From assembly GCA_951406725.2 (NCBI GenBank), contig OX597824.1:39246001-39310000 (forward strand): a DNA stretch of 64,000 nucleotides. Direction: 5' to 3'. The stretch is from Octopus vulgaris. Its lineage: Eukaryota. The notes under the pieces are model-generated. The model had not been told where the DNA came from, ran no database searches, and was given only the letters and a program-made list of their open reading frames with translations. This document shows positions 13,716 to 28,130 of the stretch, piece by piece. Position 1 is the stretch's first letter. Each line of letters opens with the position of its first letter. A program made the position numbers and the translations under genes.

Positions 13716-14787
13716 CGTATGTATGTATGTATGTATGTATGTATGTATGTATATATATGTATGTTGCATGTGAAGCTGGTAATAGAATAAAAAAGCAGGT
13801 TGTGGTTAAACGTCACATGAGACGGTTGATCAAGGAAGCCAACTAACAGATTAGATGACAAAAATTAAGGATTTTGCTCTCAGTATTGATACTAGGTCTC
13901 ATGACATTACATGAGTGTCAACTTTTCTTGGACAACATATAATGGACGTGTTTTTAAGAAATTACAAAATTATAAAATTTGCAATACTTAATCTAACATC
14001 GACAACAATACTTTTTTCAGAGAAAAGTTTTAAAACCAAACGAAAAGATAAAAATATTATTCCAACATTCTTGCAGAATTGCTAAAAAAAACATCGTTGA
14101 ATTCTACTGTCAACATTTTGTATGCTATAATTGTTGTGACTATTGTAACGCGTTGAAGAGAACGAACCGTTGAATTCTTGAAGGTATGGGAGATAGCAAA
14201 ATCCTTTGTTGCTTTAAGCAAGTTTTGCTTTCTGCCTCTATTTGATTTTAAATAATTATGTGCAATGATTACAGAAGTCTTATTAATTTTCTTGAGATAT
14301 TTACATTTTGTAAAAGTATAAAGTTTGATAACAATTTGGCATATTCGTTTCTAAACTATGAAGACCATACTAATTATATAAAGAACAGCATAAATTTAAA
14401 GATAATTTCCAATTATATATTTTGTGTAGATTTCTAAGAAATTCGACTGAAAGTCAAAAGACATATGATATGAAGAATTTATGATAATTGGAGGAAAAAT
14501 CATGAGATGAAATTTCAAAGAAATTACTAAATTCTAATTTGATATGGCAGTCTCAACTTCGGTCACTCAACTTCCTTAAAACAGCAGCCAAATTCACATC
14601 CAATAAAATTCCTAAATGTCAGAATATATGTGCATAGCAATTGCTTGTAAAATTCTCCAATTATAATTGATTTTGAAATTCCTCATTGATAAGGGTAAAT
14701 ACAGATAAAAAGTAACATCAGCAACGATACAAGATACGTATATAATATTTTGATATTCTAATTCACTAGGTACTCTCTCTCTCTCTC

Positions 14788-14872
<85 letters not shown>

Positions 14873-15249
14873 GTGTGCGTGTGTGTATGTGTGTGTGCGT
14901 GCGTGCGTGAATCTTTGGAGAGTTTCACTCGTAAAATAAGGTGCAGTTACCATTCATTGGACAAAGGTTAGAACTAAAATTAGCTGCACCAACTAATAAT
15001 ATTATAATAAAGTATAGAAGCTTATTTCCGGGATCCTGTGCTATCTTTTATTACAAGATATAAAACTGCGGTGGAAATGGTTAGATAATAGCTCGGATGT
15101 ATGTAGCGAAATGAAAACAATATATAACGTTATAAATAAAACAATATGGTGTAAAATCAAGGAAAACTAGAAAAAGTAAAAGAAAATGATTTGAAAATGT
15201 CGCTGTTTCATAGGATTTCAGAGAGAAACAAAAGTTTCTTGGGTACAAA

Positions 15250-15600
15250 ATATTTGGAAGAATGAAACAAAACGACACAAGATCATGTGATCAAGAAACA
15301 AATGAACTAAGAAATGCAATTATTGTCTGGTATCTTCAATCTAAGTTCGAACTTAGAGAGAAAAATTCATCGAAAATGTGTGGCTAATTTTGTGATTATT
15401 TAACCGACAATAATTACAAACAAGACCATGATAAAGTGTATTCTATTCTGCATTGAAAGCTATCTCGTTCTGAGAAACTTTTGTATCGGAATCTAATGGT
15501 ATAATTTACTGAAAATACCAATGAAAAACATATTGCCTGATTCTAACAGCCAATTAGACCTGATCATAGAAAAGGGTATTGCTCAAAGAGAAATTGTGAA
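15250..15600 (+). pseudogene. Very old R4/Dong-like remnant
   Basis: YKQDHDKVYSILH*KLS resembles the conserved RHD..A..HW motif; RPD motif downstream. Confidence 0.45.
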
Positions 15601-15689
15601 TATGAATAAGTACTTAGAATTTCAATACATCTACTATTTCTGTTGTGGCGGACGCCCCCAGGCAAGAAGTGGGCTAGTCCACTACTAAT

Positions 15690-17640
15690 AAATAATGAAC
15701 TGACACAGTCAATAGAATTACTGTCAGCGAAGATTTTTGGTTGTAGCAGTGTGTTTTTTTTAATCTTTGCGATTCCGTTGAGGTAGGTGTGATATTGTTG
15801 TAATTGTTGAAGGACTCCCTTCCTGGTTGTGCCACGTTTTGTTCCCTGTTAAAATTGATGTTTCTACTAACGAGTTTTTGTGAAATTGTGTGAATTGTGC
15901 GTTTTCTTCCCAATTATGGGAGAGCTAGAGACAAGAAATGAAATGGAAACTGGACCAGTATGTAGCCACAGTTATGCAGCTGAAGCTAGCAGAGGAATAG
16001 AAGTAAAAACTTAGGGAGTTCGAGGAGTTAAAATTAAGCCAAGAAAGCTGAAAGAAAGCAGCAAGCTAATGGAAAAGGAAGGTCATAACCTTAAGTTGAC
16101 GCCCCCGGTTGACTTAACAAGTGGATTTAATATACAAAACACTGAAGGTATCGATAAGGGAAATAGGGATCTTTACCTTTTGACCGACAGATTTTTAAAA
16201 TATTTTTTTGTAACTGAACACTTTCAAACTTCGGACACTGGTAGAATGTGTCATAGAATGTTTTATATGACACATTCTACCAATGTCCGAAGTTTGAAAG
16301 TGTTTAGTTACAAAAAATATTTTTTAAAATCTGTCGGTCAAAAGGTAAAGAACAGGAAATAGAAATAGCTACGATAGAAGACATCGAGAAGTGTTTAAAA
16401 GAGGTCGAAAAGTTCACCACTTATAATAAGAGGGTAAAGATATGGCACAGTGGAAGTGCGATTTCCAAGCGAAGAAGAAGAGATAAAGCACTCCACTGAT
16501 GCCATAAAAACAGATGAGTGGGTACTCCTACCAACATACTGTGGCAAGCAAGTTGTCAGAGTAAGGGTGGAAGAATTGCCACCAAATTTAGATGAAACAT
16601 GGCTGGTAGCTGCAGTCATGTACAATATGGAGGCGGATGCGAATATCTTGAGAGTAACAAGAACGAAAACAGTCAACGACAGGGGTTATGGAATCGAAAT
16701 GGAAGTTCAGACAACTGTGAGTGACATGAATAAGATTCCAGAAGAAATAATATTACCAGAAGATATGAGATTGAGAGTGGTGGTGGAAGCAGGCTTCCCA
16801 TATGGTATTTTTGTGGCGAGAAAGGCCACATGAAGGTGAGATGCTCCCAAAGAGAAGAGAAAGGGCAACAAATGGAACAGTCTGGGGAACAGGAGAAAGT
16901 GAACGATGTGGTCCAGGAAGATGAGAAGAAGACAACAGGAATAGAGGAGGAATTTGAAGTGGTGAGAAAACGAAAAAGGAAAGAAAGAATGGGCTCTCCG
17001 CCGGAGAGACAGAAAAAGAAAAGTGAAGCAGAAAAAGAGGTGGAGACGGAAGTTGTAAAATTCGTTCAAAAGAAAGTCGTAAAGGAAGTTGAAAAGGAGG
17101 CTGAGAAAGAGGTAGAAAAGGAGGTTGAGAAGAAGGTTATGGAGGAGGAGGAGATAGAAGCAAGCATACTAGAGAAAGAGCGATATTAACCAGAAGGGAG
17201 GAGGTGGCGCCAAGAGTGGAACATGGTAATCAAGCAAGAAGACAAAGAAAATATAGCTGGAATTTCGTGACATATGCTAAAATCATATATACCGAAAGAG
17301 TGATAATCAAGCTTAAATCCCTTATAAGGGTTAAGTTGCCCAAGATGTACGGTGAAAACGTAAACGCTATTTTAATCAACAAAGAAATTATCGACGAACT
17401 GCCGCCAGTAGTAGAACTAGATCCTTACATCAGATATTAAAAAAAAAGTAAAATGGATTTTTAAAAGTAGAAGAGAAAAAGAGTAAGCAAAATGATGCTA
17501 ATAGTAAAAAAAATAAGGAAAAACAAAAGGATTACAAAATGAATGTAAGAACGTTCAAATGGTACTGCATGTGAGTGAGGCGCATGCAGCCATTTCATCA
17601 CCATCGATTTCATTGTACATTTCCCCCATTTTTCATTCGT
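15690..17640 (+). mobile_element. L1/Tx1-like 5'UTR plus ORF1 remnant, copy 1 (interrupted by a MITE)
   Basis: SYAAEA, GTVEVRF, WVLLPTYCGKQVVRVRVEELPP, RLRVVVE and a frameshifted zinc knuckle (..CGEKGHMKVRC), then an E/K-rich tail. Confidence 0.65.
16167..16354. mobile_element. 188-bp fold-back MITE with 8-bp target-site duplication
   Basis: Almost fully palindromic (GGATCTTTACCTTTTGACCGACAG...CTGTCGGTCAAAAGGTAAAGAACA). GGAAATAG occurs at both 16159-16166 and 16355-16362. Confidence 0.9.
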
Positions 17641-17656
17641 TTTGTTTTTGTCTCCA

Positions 17657-19070
17657 CTGTGGCGTTCTGCCTGTCCTTGTGCCGTCCCCTCTGTGTCATG
17701 GCCTAGGTGCCAAATAAAAAGAATTACAGTCAGGGAAGACTTCTTTTGGTTGTATTTGATAGTTCCTGTTGCGAGCAATTTTTGTAGAAGTGCGTTCTGT
17801 TTTTTAGTAAAGTTTTTGTGTTGCTGATAGTTATCCTTTGTTAAGTTTTCCCCACTAGCGAGGTGCCTCTTGATTGTTTTGAATTTAAAGATGGTCTCCT
17901 TTTATTTCGTGGTTTTCTCACCTAGTGGGCAAAAGCTACAATGGGGATAGGGCAAGTGCGCGCTGGCAGCTACGCAGCAGCAGCGAAACGTGAAAGTGTT
18001 ACGGAGGCTATAAGAAAGTTGGAAGTAAGGGAAGTGGCTGTGGCCTTGGAGGCAGTGGAGAGCAGCCGGGAGTTATTGAGGAGAGAGGGTACCAAGTTTA
18101 TATCTGACGCCACCAATGGACGTAGCAACAAACAAGGAACTAACGAGGGTGGTGTACAGAGCTCTGTCACTGCTAACTAGGAAGATAAAAACGGCGAGAG
18201 AAGATGAAAGCTTGAATAAGTTGAGCGCTAAAGTCGACGTTTTCTGTAGAGGCAGGAAATTTAGAACGGTGGAATGCGCTTCTCGTCAATGGAGGAAGCA
18301 GTAATGCACTCCACGGAAGCCTTGAAGTCGGGGAGGAGGGCATTGCTGCCAAATTATCTTGGGAAGAGAGTAACAAGAATAAGAATTGGCAGGGTGCTCC
18401 CCGAAAATTAAAGAAATGTGGTTGCTGACAACCATTATGATGGACATGGAGAACGACCCACAGGATCTAAATTGATGGGGTTATGGCCTCGAGGTCATAA
18501 TCCAGGCTACAATCAGTGACCTTCAAATGATAACAGAAAAGGTTGAGCTCCCGGAGGATGTAAGACTGCGGGTAGTAGTGAAGGGAAGACCCCCCCCCCC
18601 ACATGTTACCACTGCAAGGGAAGGGGCACATTAAGGTGATCTGTCCCCTTCTCCAAAAACAAGCATCAACGAAAGTGAGAAAAGAAGAAATCAGTAGCAG
18701 TGAGAAGCCAGAGGAAGACACAGAAGAGTTAAGTATAAATGAAGTGTATGAAATACAAAATAGAAAGAGGAAGGAAATAAAGAACTCCCCGCCTACGAAG
18801 AACTCTAAGAGAAAGAAAAGGAAAGAACACAATGATACACAAACACTCACACCGCTGCTAATACATACAATGACAATAAACAACCCTAAATCCCCAACCA
18901 AACGCACACTTGTACGTACAGCACAGTAAACCCAATAACAGAACACCCACACGAAATCACAGGCAATTCATGTACACGAAAAAACTCAAACTCAGATACT
19001 ACAGATTCTCCAACTGATTACACACATATACACTCACAAGAAAACAATATAAAATATCAACAGGATTTAT
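17657..19070 (+). mobile_element. L1/Tx1-like 5'UTR plus ORF1 remnant, copy 2
   Basis: GSYAAAAK, LLPNYLGKRVTRIRIGRV and VVVKGRPP..CYHCKGRGH. 5' leader is homologous to 15710-15750. Confidence 0.65.
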
Positions 19071-19248
19071 AACATACTACAGTTCTATATTTAAGAGATG
19101 AGGGATTATGTGCATTATTTACACTATTTACATTTGACGGATATTTGTCCTCATCTTGTTTGCTGTTAACACAACGTTTCGGTTGTCTTGGAGAAATTTC
19201 GAATATAGGTTCTCATTCCTAATTTGTTTTTTGATGTTGTTGTTGTTG

Positions 19249-19322
<74 letters not shown>

Positions 19323-19452
19323 GTTGTTGTTATTGTTGTTGTTGTTGTTTTTGTTGTTGTTGTTGTTTTTGTTGTTATTTAAGTCACTGCTTGGAATCGA
19401 ACTCGGAATCTTGGGGTGAGTAGCATGCGCTCTTAACCACTACACCATATGC
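19070..19452 (-). mobile_element. tRNA-headed element with central (AAT/AAC)n tract
   Basis: Minus strand begins GCATATGGTGTAGTGGTTAAGAGCGC...GAGTTCGATTCC (A/B boxes). Confidence 0.65.
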
Positions 19453-19459
19453 ATATGGC

Positions 19460-20250
19460 GTAGAGGAGGCAATAGAAGAATGTCTTGATGAAATATAAAA
19501 AATCCTGACAACATTCTACACAAGAGGAAGAAAATACGGCACAGTGGAGGTGAGGTTCGCCAACGAGCAAGAGGCGATAAATCACGCCACTGTAATGCTC
19601 AGGACGCAAGAGTGGGTATTCTTGCCAACTTACTGCGGCAAAAGTGTCGCTAGAGTGAGAATAGGCAGAGTACCACCAGAAATCAAAGAAGTGTGGCTGG
19701 TGGCCACAAGGAACTGAAGATACTGGTGTACAGAACAGTCACTGCTAACTCGGAAGATCGAAATGGCGAGAGAAGTTGAAGAATGCCTAAATAAGTTGAG
19801 TGATAAAATCGAAACTTTCTGTACAGGCGGGAAATTTGAAGTGAAATTTGACAGTGGAAGGTGCGCTTCTCGACAGAGGAAGAAGCAGTAATGCACTCCA
19901 CTGAAGCCTTAAAGTCGAAGAAATGGACACTACTGCCAAATTATCTTGGAAAGAGAGTAACAAGAATAAGAATTAGCAGGGTGACCCCGGAAATTAAGGA
20001 AATGTGGTTGCTGGCAGCCATTATGAGGGATATGGAGGATGACCCGCACGTACTTCAAGTAAACCACACGGAACAGTTAAACTGATGGTCCTACAGATCA
20101 CAATTCAAGCCACCATAAGTGATTTCCAACAGATAACAGAGTATGTTGAGCTCACAGAGGATGTGAGGCTGCGTGTAGTATGTTTTTGTCCCCACTTGTG
20201 TTGTCTTGTCTGTCTTTGTGTAGTCACCTCTGAGTCAGGGCCTGTGTTTG
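19460..20250 (+). mobile_element. Two further fused ORF1 fragments of the same L1/Tx1-like family
   Basis: EWVFLPTYCGKSVARVRIGRVPPE (19600-19700), then KWTLLPNYLGKRVTRIRISRVTPE. 19707-20180 is closely similar to 18130-18580. Confidence 0.65.
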
Positions 20251-21384
20251 TGTGCGTATGTATGTACAAGATGGTCCAAAAGTAGGTTTACACTTATCAT
20301 ATAGGCACTTTAAATTTCTTTTAAAACATTTTATTACATTTAAATTTCTATGTTACAAACTGAAAAGGGAGCTTTAAAAATTAACTAAATTAGCATAGAA
20401 TAAGGGTTTCGTATTTTTTTATAATTAAGATCTAAGCTGTTATATGAATGCGAAAGCGATATGGGCCATCCTATATCATCGCTCTAGAAAAGATTTAGTT
20501 ACGAAAGCGAGTCAATAGCCCAGTGATAGAAGTGTATTGGTGATCCCGCAGTGATAATCAGTCGGATAGTTTTCTCAAGAATTTGATCTCGGCTGAGATG
20601 AATTCAGGACGCAAAATAGATCACAATCTGATTAAATAATTAAATATTTAAAACTAATTAGATCATTTACGGCACGACTTTTAATTGTATTCAAGGTCTT
20701 TGGAGTGTCAGAATCTGTAAAAAAAAGAAATGACTTTTCGTTGCTTGTAACGTACATTTACATTTACAGTTTGAATCCTACAATACGTGTTTTCATTTGC
20801 ATCTGGTCGATTTAAATCCATAACTTCTGGCCTCCCTTCACCTGATATTTATCCTTCCCTAATAATCTATAATGTTGGGCCAGAAGGAACAAAACATTAC
20901 ATATTTATTTGTATATCATAAAGTAATATTTGACACAAGAATATCTTTTTGTCTGTAAATGAAAACCATGAATACGAATCATAATCGTGATTAATATTAA
21001 CATTAAAAAGTGAATAATAAATTCATTTCAGTGACACATATTCTTAGTACTATTAACTAAGAAAAAATAGGAAAGGCACCAGAAAATCCGAAAATAGCAA
21101 ACACGAAATAACAAACATAAAACATTTTTGTCAACCTATTAAAACTCATGTTTGCGCTTATCTTTTGATTCCTTTATTTTCATTATCAAAGTATGGTAAA
21201 TAAATTCGCATTAACAAAACAAATGTCTGAAAGTCACCGAATCAACAAACGTGACAAACTACAAACAATTTAATAATTTTTTTTCAAAATGCATGAATCG
21301 TTTTTCATAAGTAGTATATAACACATTAAAACAAATTTCTCATCAGATGTTACACACGAACATTGTAACATTAAACCACACACG

Positions 21385-21452
<68 letters not shown>

Positions 21453-22194
21453 GACGCAAGCATACATACATATACAAATACACATAGACACAAACAAACG
21501 CACACATATATAATTAATGAATGTGGTTTTTGCTCTATTTTCTGTATAAATGCATTAATAAAAGGATATGTATATATATTTAATTGCATATATGCATGCA
21601 TATAAGTAAATACTTATATATTATACATGTATAATACTTTAAAAATATATCTATGCATTTATGTGATAGCATTTAGGTAAGCAATTATATGTGCTGTGAA
21701 TAATTCTTAAAATACATATGTATTTATGCATGTCTGCATACATGTATGTAATTATCGGTATGTTTTACACATAAAATGTATATGTATTATGTATGTACGC
21801 ATGTATATAAGTAATTATACGTACATTGCTTCAGAATGTAGTGACATTTAAAATTAGTGATCTTAAATAAATCAACTTTCCATAAACGTCATCGGAACCA
21901 CTAAAAGTAATTAGGCTTCAAAAAAACATTTTGAAGAATAGATTCACGCATCCTTACATGCATATGCATATTGGGACTTACATACATACCACCTACTCAC
22001 ACACGCACGCACACACACATGCACATACACATACATACACATATATGCGTGTATGTGTGTATGCGTTATGTGTATGTATATACACATGCACACATACAAA
22101 TGTATATATATACATATATACCCGTTTGTCTAATATATAGGGTTGCTTGTATGTGTATTTATGCATATGTATATATATATATTCATATATATAT

Positions 22195-22281
<87 letters not shown>

Positions 22282-22521
22282 TATAAATATATATTTTTTT
22301 TTTTAATTTCAACTTTAATTTAAATATTTTAATTTGGAATTTTATATTTTTTTATATTTTATATTTTATATTTTTTTAATTAATTTTATTTCTCTGTATT
22401 GGCTTATGATTTTCACTGTTTGGCTTGTTTAATTTAATATAATATAATATATATTTATACTATAAATTTTGATTTAATCCTAAATCTTTATTTTTCCCTG
22501 TAAGTTTGGATTTACTCCTAA

Positions 22522-22649
<128 letters not shown>

Positions 22650-22959
22650 AGGGTAAAAAGTTAAAATAATTTATTACCAGATGAAGGAAAGATAGAGGGA
22701 AAAAATCGCCAACGGCACACACGCGGTCACATTTTGAATATACATAGGCATTATTGAATGCCATGCATCCATTTCCAAGTAAGTTTTATCTTAATGATAT
22801 CGATGCGACACTCTTTGTCTTTTTCTTCCCCTGTTTCGTTCCCTCCCTCTTCCTTTCTCTATTCTCTTAATCTTCTCTTTTCTACGTTTCATTTTCCTCT
22901 CTCATCCTTCTTTTCTCTTCCCCTTCACCGTTCTCCGTTTGTCTCACTCTTTCTCTCTC

Positions 22960-23400
22960 TCCCCCTCTCCCGTGGCTCGCACGTGACCGTCAGTCATCTT
23001 TCTTCTAACTTGAATTTCCTTCTTTCTCTCTGATTAGTCACAGGAATTGGACGCATTCTTGTCTGACTCCTGTCAGAGCTTGTTTTTCCGCGTTCAACAA
23101 CTCAACTCATGTCGGCTTAGCAACCCTTCCTGTCTGTTTTCACTGTCTTGTTTTTGTTACCAACATTGACCCTCTGCACAATCCCAACTTGTATTTAATT
23201 TGGTTTGCAGGAACAACTGTTATGTTGAAAATGTGTCTTGTTGTGACATGCTCGAAATACGAAGTAGAAACATAGCAAACAACTGATGGAGGGACGTTTT
23301 CCGTGTTGCTTTTCTTGTTTTCTATTTGTTTCTTTCTTTGTTCGCAAAAAAGTTCGTATTCCATGTTGTCTTTTTTGTACTTCATGTTTTTGTATTCTAT
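22960..23400 (+). repeat. Dispersed non-coding repeat (family with 54350-54730 and 59920-60290, both on the minus strand)
   Basis: Shared CACGTGACC and CGAAA...GTA...AACTGATG.AG blocks. Confidence 0.55.
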
Positions 23401-24516
23401 GTTTACATCTGGAGGAAAGTATGGCTGAACTTGGAATCTTGGGGAGAGAATGCAGACCCTGAATGTATACGCTACAAATGATTACGATATCTGAAATAAA
23501 AAAAAACTGCAAGAACTTCTAAACATTTAAAAATGACGGCTAAATTAAAATAGTTTTCTTCACAACCTTGCTATCAAGTCGGTGGCCGGTCAAAATTTAC
23601 TCTAAATAAACATGAGAAAGTAGAGACATACATACATACATACATACATACATACATACATACATACATACATACATACATACATACATACATACATACA
23701 TTTATATATAAATCTTTTGGTTACATTTATGATATTCTCGAAAGTGCGGTTCTAAAATTACCAGCAATAATAATTGTTCTAAATTTTGGCAATAGGCCAA
23801 TAATTGTAGTGAGAGTGGTTTAGTTGATTACATCGATCCCGGTATTTGATTTGTACATTATTTTATCACTCTAGAAGCAATGAAAGACGAAGCTGATCTA
23901 GGCAGTATTTCAATTCAGAACATAAAGAGTCGGAACATATACCGCAAAACATTTTGTTAGACGATTTTACGATTTTGCCAGCGACAGCAATAATAATAAA
24001 TGCTTCAAATGTTGGCACAAGGCTAGCAATTCTATGGCAGCGAGTTGTCGATTACATCGACCTCATTTCATACTTTTGGGCCCCCGAAAGGATGAAAGGC
24101 AAAGTTGAGTTAAATGGTACTAAGCGGTTTTTCTTATGTGCAAACGATTCTGTCAGCTCACTGCCTTAATAACAACAGGTGTTAAACTTGAGCTTTATAA
24201 GGGTGAGGATCGGAGAAATTATAAAAAGACAAGAGTATGAGTGAAATATATCATATGGCATATAACTGAAGGAATAAAAAGAAACAGAACAATACTTTAC
24301 AAGTATTTAAAGAAGACGCGACAAAATACACATTAATAAAAAGAATCTTTTCCGCCTGTGTATCGGAGTACCTCACATTCATGTACTCGTATTGTTCATG
24401 GCAGGGTTTTCTAAAATTCTTCTGTGAGGAGTTCTTGTGTTGTACAGGGCAAGTCAGGAGCTATGTGTTCTGGTTCGTTGGAACATATTACTGTATGAAG
24501 TGGAATCGGTCTATTA

Positions 24517-25657
24517 TTAGATTGTCAAGTATGAAATTTATAGTAAGGTATATAGTAAATTTTGACAGCTGCTCATTTTGCGCCATTAGTATATTTTGAT
24601 AATCTTTATCTTTTGTTAGAAAGCTGTCACACCCATTTCTTTATCCTAACACATTTTGCGCTTTACAAATACTTATAAATCGTTTTTTGCTATTTGTGTT
24701 TAGAGATGGATAAGTCGGAAATTCGTACAGTTTTGAAATATGAGTTCTTTCTTGGAAATACAGCATCACAGACAGCTCGGAATATTAACGGAGTATTTCA
24801 TTCTAATGTTATTACACAACAGACACTATCAAACTAGATTGCAAAAATTCGTTTTGGTAACTTTGACCTCACCAGACCGACCAGAAACAAAGGTGGATAA
24901 TGACGAACCGTCAAATGAGATCCAGCTCAAAAGGCCCGTGAATTCTCGTCGTTGTTTCGTGCTAGCAGGCAATGAATATTGATTCACCTAGTTCAAATCG
25001 GTAAAGTGAAAAATTTGGATAAGTGGGTTCTACGTGAACTCAATGAAAATCAGAAACAGCAACGTTTGGTAGCCTGCATTATGCTACTTTCTCATCACGA
25101 TAATGAATCATTTTTGAACTGGATTGTAACATGTGATGAGAAATAGATCCAATACAACAACCGTAAACGTTCAAGCACAATGGTTGGACAAAGACGAAAG
25201 GAAAATTCTTCAAAAGAAGCTGAAGTATACTGCAGCCAACTGGAGCAAATTATGCAAAAACTTACAAAAAAAATGCCTAGATTAGTCAACAGATCCACGC
25301 CAGACCACACATCGCAAAAATGACATAGGCGAAAGTATATAGTTGGAGTTCAAAGTTCACCATCATCCACCATATTCACCTGATCTTGCCCCCACTGACT
25401 ACCACTCTTTCTAGAATTTGGATAAGTTTTGATAAGAAAAGGCTTTAATTACGACGATGCTGTAAAACAAGCCTTCCAAGATTTTACTGACTCTAGATTG
25501 CCAGGTTTTTAGTTTCCGGGCTGGACAAGCTACCGCCGAAATGGCAAAAGTGCATTGATAATATGGGTGCATACTTTGATGAATAAAACTATTCTTGTAT
25601 TTGTAAAACATTAGCAAACTGTTTTTGTTTTCTACAAATTTCATACTTGACGACCAA
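24517..25657 (+). mobile_element. Decayed mariner transposon (Hsmar1/SETMAR-like transposase pseudogene) with TIRs
   Basis: MDKSEIRTVLKYEF, LDKWVLRELNE, IVTCDEK*I, HPPYSPDLAPTDYH and KWQKCIDNMGAYFDE*. TIRs ..GTCAAGTATGAAATTT / AAATTTCATACTTGAC... Confidence 0.88.
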
Positions 25658-25659
25658 TG

Positions 25660-25661
25660 TG

Positions 25662-25702
<41 letters not shown>

Positions 25703-26340
25703 ATTTGTGTATGTATATATGTGTGTATATATATGTATGCATATGTATATATATATGTATGCATATGTGTATATGTATATATATATATGTATATATATGT
25801 ATATATATATATATATGTATATGTATATATGTATATATATGTACGTATATGCGTATATGTACATATATATTTATGTATATGTGCATATGTATATATATAT
25901 GTATGTATATGTGCATATGTATATATATATGTATGTATATGTGTATATGTATATATATATATGTATATATATGTATATGTATATATATATGTATATGTAT
26001 ATATGTATATATATGTGTGTATGTATATGTACATATATATTTATGTATATGTGCATATGTATATATATATGTATGTATATGTGCATATGTATATATATAT
26101 GTATGTATATGTGTATATGTATATATATGTGTGTATATGTAAATATATATATGTGTATATATATGTGTGTGTGTATATGTATTTATGTATGAGTATAAGT
26201 ATATATATATATGTATATGTGCATACATATATATGTGTACAAGTATATATATGTGTATATGTGTATATATATATATATGTTTGTGTGTTTGTGTGTGTGT
26301 GTGTATGTGCATTTATGTACGTATACATATGTATATATAA
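25660..26340. repeat. Compound (TA)/(TG) microsatellite with a ~30-bp higher-order unit
   Basis: GTATGTATATGTGCATATGTATATATATAT recurs. Confidence 0.85.
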
Positions 26341-27169
26341 AAATATGCATGAACTCAAGACGATAAAATTCGTCTGTATTATTTTTGATAATACACTCTC
26401 TTACCGCTGCGGAGGTTTTTCATTATTATTTTCCACCAATTATGCAACATCAACCTGCAGTAAACATTTTTTCGAGAACTAGTGTCTCCCGTTTTAATAC
26501 CATATGCATTTCGTGTCATATCCATTTAACAGCATAAATATATCATGTCATATACATTTGATATCACATATTTCTGATGTCATATAGATTAAATATCATA
26601 TATACTTTTGATATCAGCTAAATTTCTATAAACCAGCTGGTAGAAAAGCAATAAATTTTACTTTAAATCTATAACATATTTTCTGTTATCGTTTTTCAAC
26701 TTAGTATTTGCGAATAGTCTGTTTATTCTTACTACAAATCCTATTGATGGTCAACTGAATTCAACTGTATTCTCTCGTCTGTTTGAGGAAATAGTTAGCT
26801 TGGTCTATAGCTTCTCGTCTATTAATTATAAATACTTTATTACTGCTCGTACAGAAATAGATTTACGGACAGTATACGTTCGTATAATACAGTATACGCA
26901 CAGTATACGTTCGTATAGATTAACGGACAATATACGTTCGTATAATAGCTATAGTGCTTAATCTCGCCAAACTCATATGCGTCCAATAATTCGTTGGTTT
27001 CATTGAGTACATGATATTTTTTCCCAATTCTCAGGTCCCATCCCGATGATAGAAGGTCGCTGCATAGAGACTAAATCATGACTTCTCTCTCGCTATCATT
27101 CCCCACCTTCTCTCTCTCGCTTTCGCTTTCTCTCTTTCTATTTCTTCCAGAAATAGCTCAACTTCTTTA

Positions 27170-27870
27170 CCTCTTTGGTCAACATTTTGCAAACATCTTT
27201 CCAACTAACCTCCGTCGTCGAATGCTCTACCAACTGCCTTGACATTTCTATCTACATGGACCACCTCCACCTGAATCTCAGCGCCTCCATCTTCTTCACA
27301 CCAACTGACATTTATTCCAGCTTTACTTTGCCCTTCTTTCATTTCATCCAAACTAAATACTTAATCCCCTACTTCCAACTCATCGTCATTGACATCTATG
27401 AGGCTGCAGTCATGACCTTGAAACACATACTCGACGTATGATTAGATTACGTACGTGGCGCAAATAACCATTCTTCTTATTCCCTTTACGCTCCTACCCG
27501 CAAGAGTGAAGTTGACCGTAACGCTACAGTCACGGCCTTTTACTACCCTCACAAACAACCTCCCGTTTCACCTCATCTAACGCCTAACACCCTTCCAATT
27601 TACCTCTTTTACAGACTAATCTACCAACTTTCATCTTACCTATCGCTCAATCCACCCCTTTTCCACCTTCAACCCCTAATCTCATTTGTTCGCAACCTGC
27701 ATGTCTGAAACTTCGCAGCTTCATCCCAACCCATTCTTACCATTCTGCTGTAACCAATACCGCGTTTATGCTTTCCTTTGCAAAATCACTACTCATACCG
27801 GAACCAACAACCGTAATTTACTCATCAGAGTATTTTTCATGTTGCATCTCTACCGACCATGTTTACGGAG
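27170..27870 (+). pseudogene. Old Penelope (Neptune-type) RT-thumb and linker remnant
   Basis: CLDISI...SIFFTPTD...TKYLIPYFQ resembles the FLD...YRKPTD...SIPYSQ motif; heavily mutated. Confidence 0.6.
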
Positions 27871-28069
27871 TCACGGGTTTCATCTGGACTGATTTGAATT
27901 ACACCTTAGAAAACTCTCACATGTGACGGCTGCTAGTCCTCCGCCATTTTTGCTTTGCTAGCCTTTCTGCGTAATACTGCATGGTGGTGTCAGTGTGGTT
28001 TGAACATCGCATCTCCTGCTTTTCATTTCCATCGGGATTGACAGATCACTTTACTTCTCACAGCTTCCC

Positions 28070-28130
<61 letters not shown>

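Noticed and set aside
24706-25590. Host SETMAR gene
   Set aside because: No SET domain, multiple stops and deletions, and flanked by TIRs.
25411-26482. Long YI/VC/HT-rich ORFs (also at 8.6-9.9, 21.9, 54.8 and 61.1 kb)
   Set aside because: Translations of (TA)n, (TG)n and (CATA)n microsatellites, which lack stops by composition.
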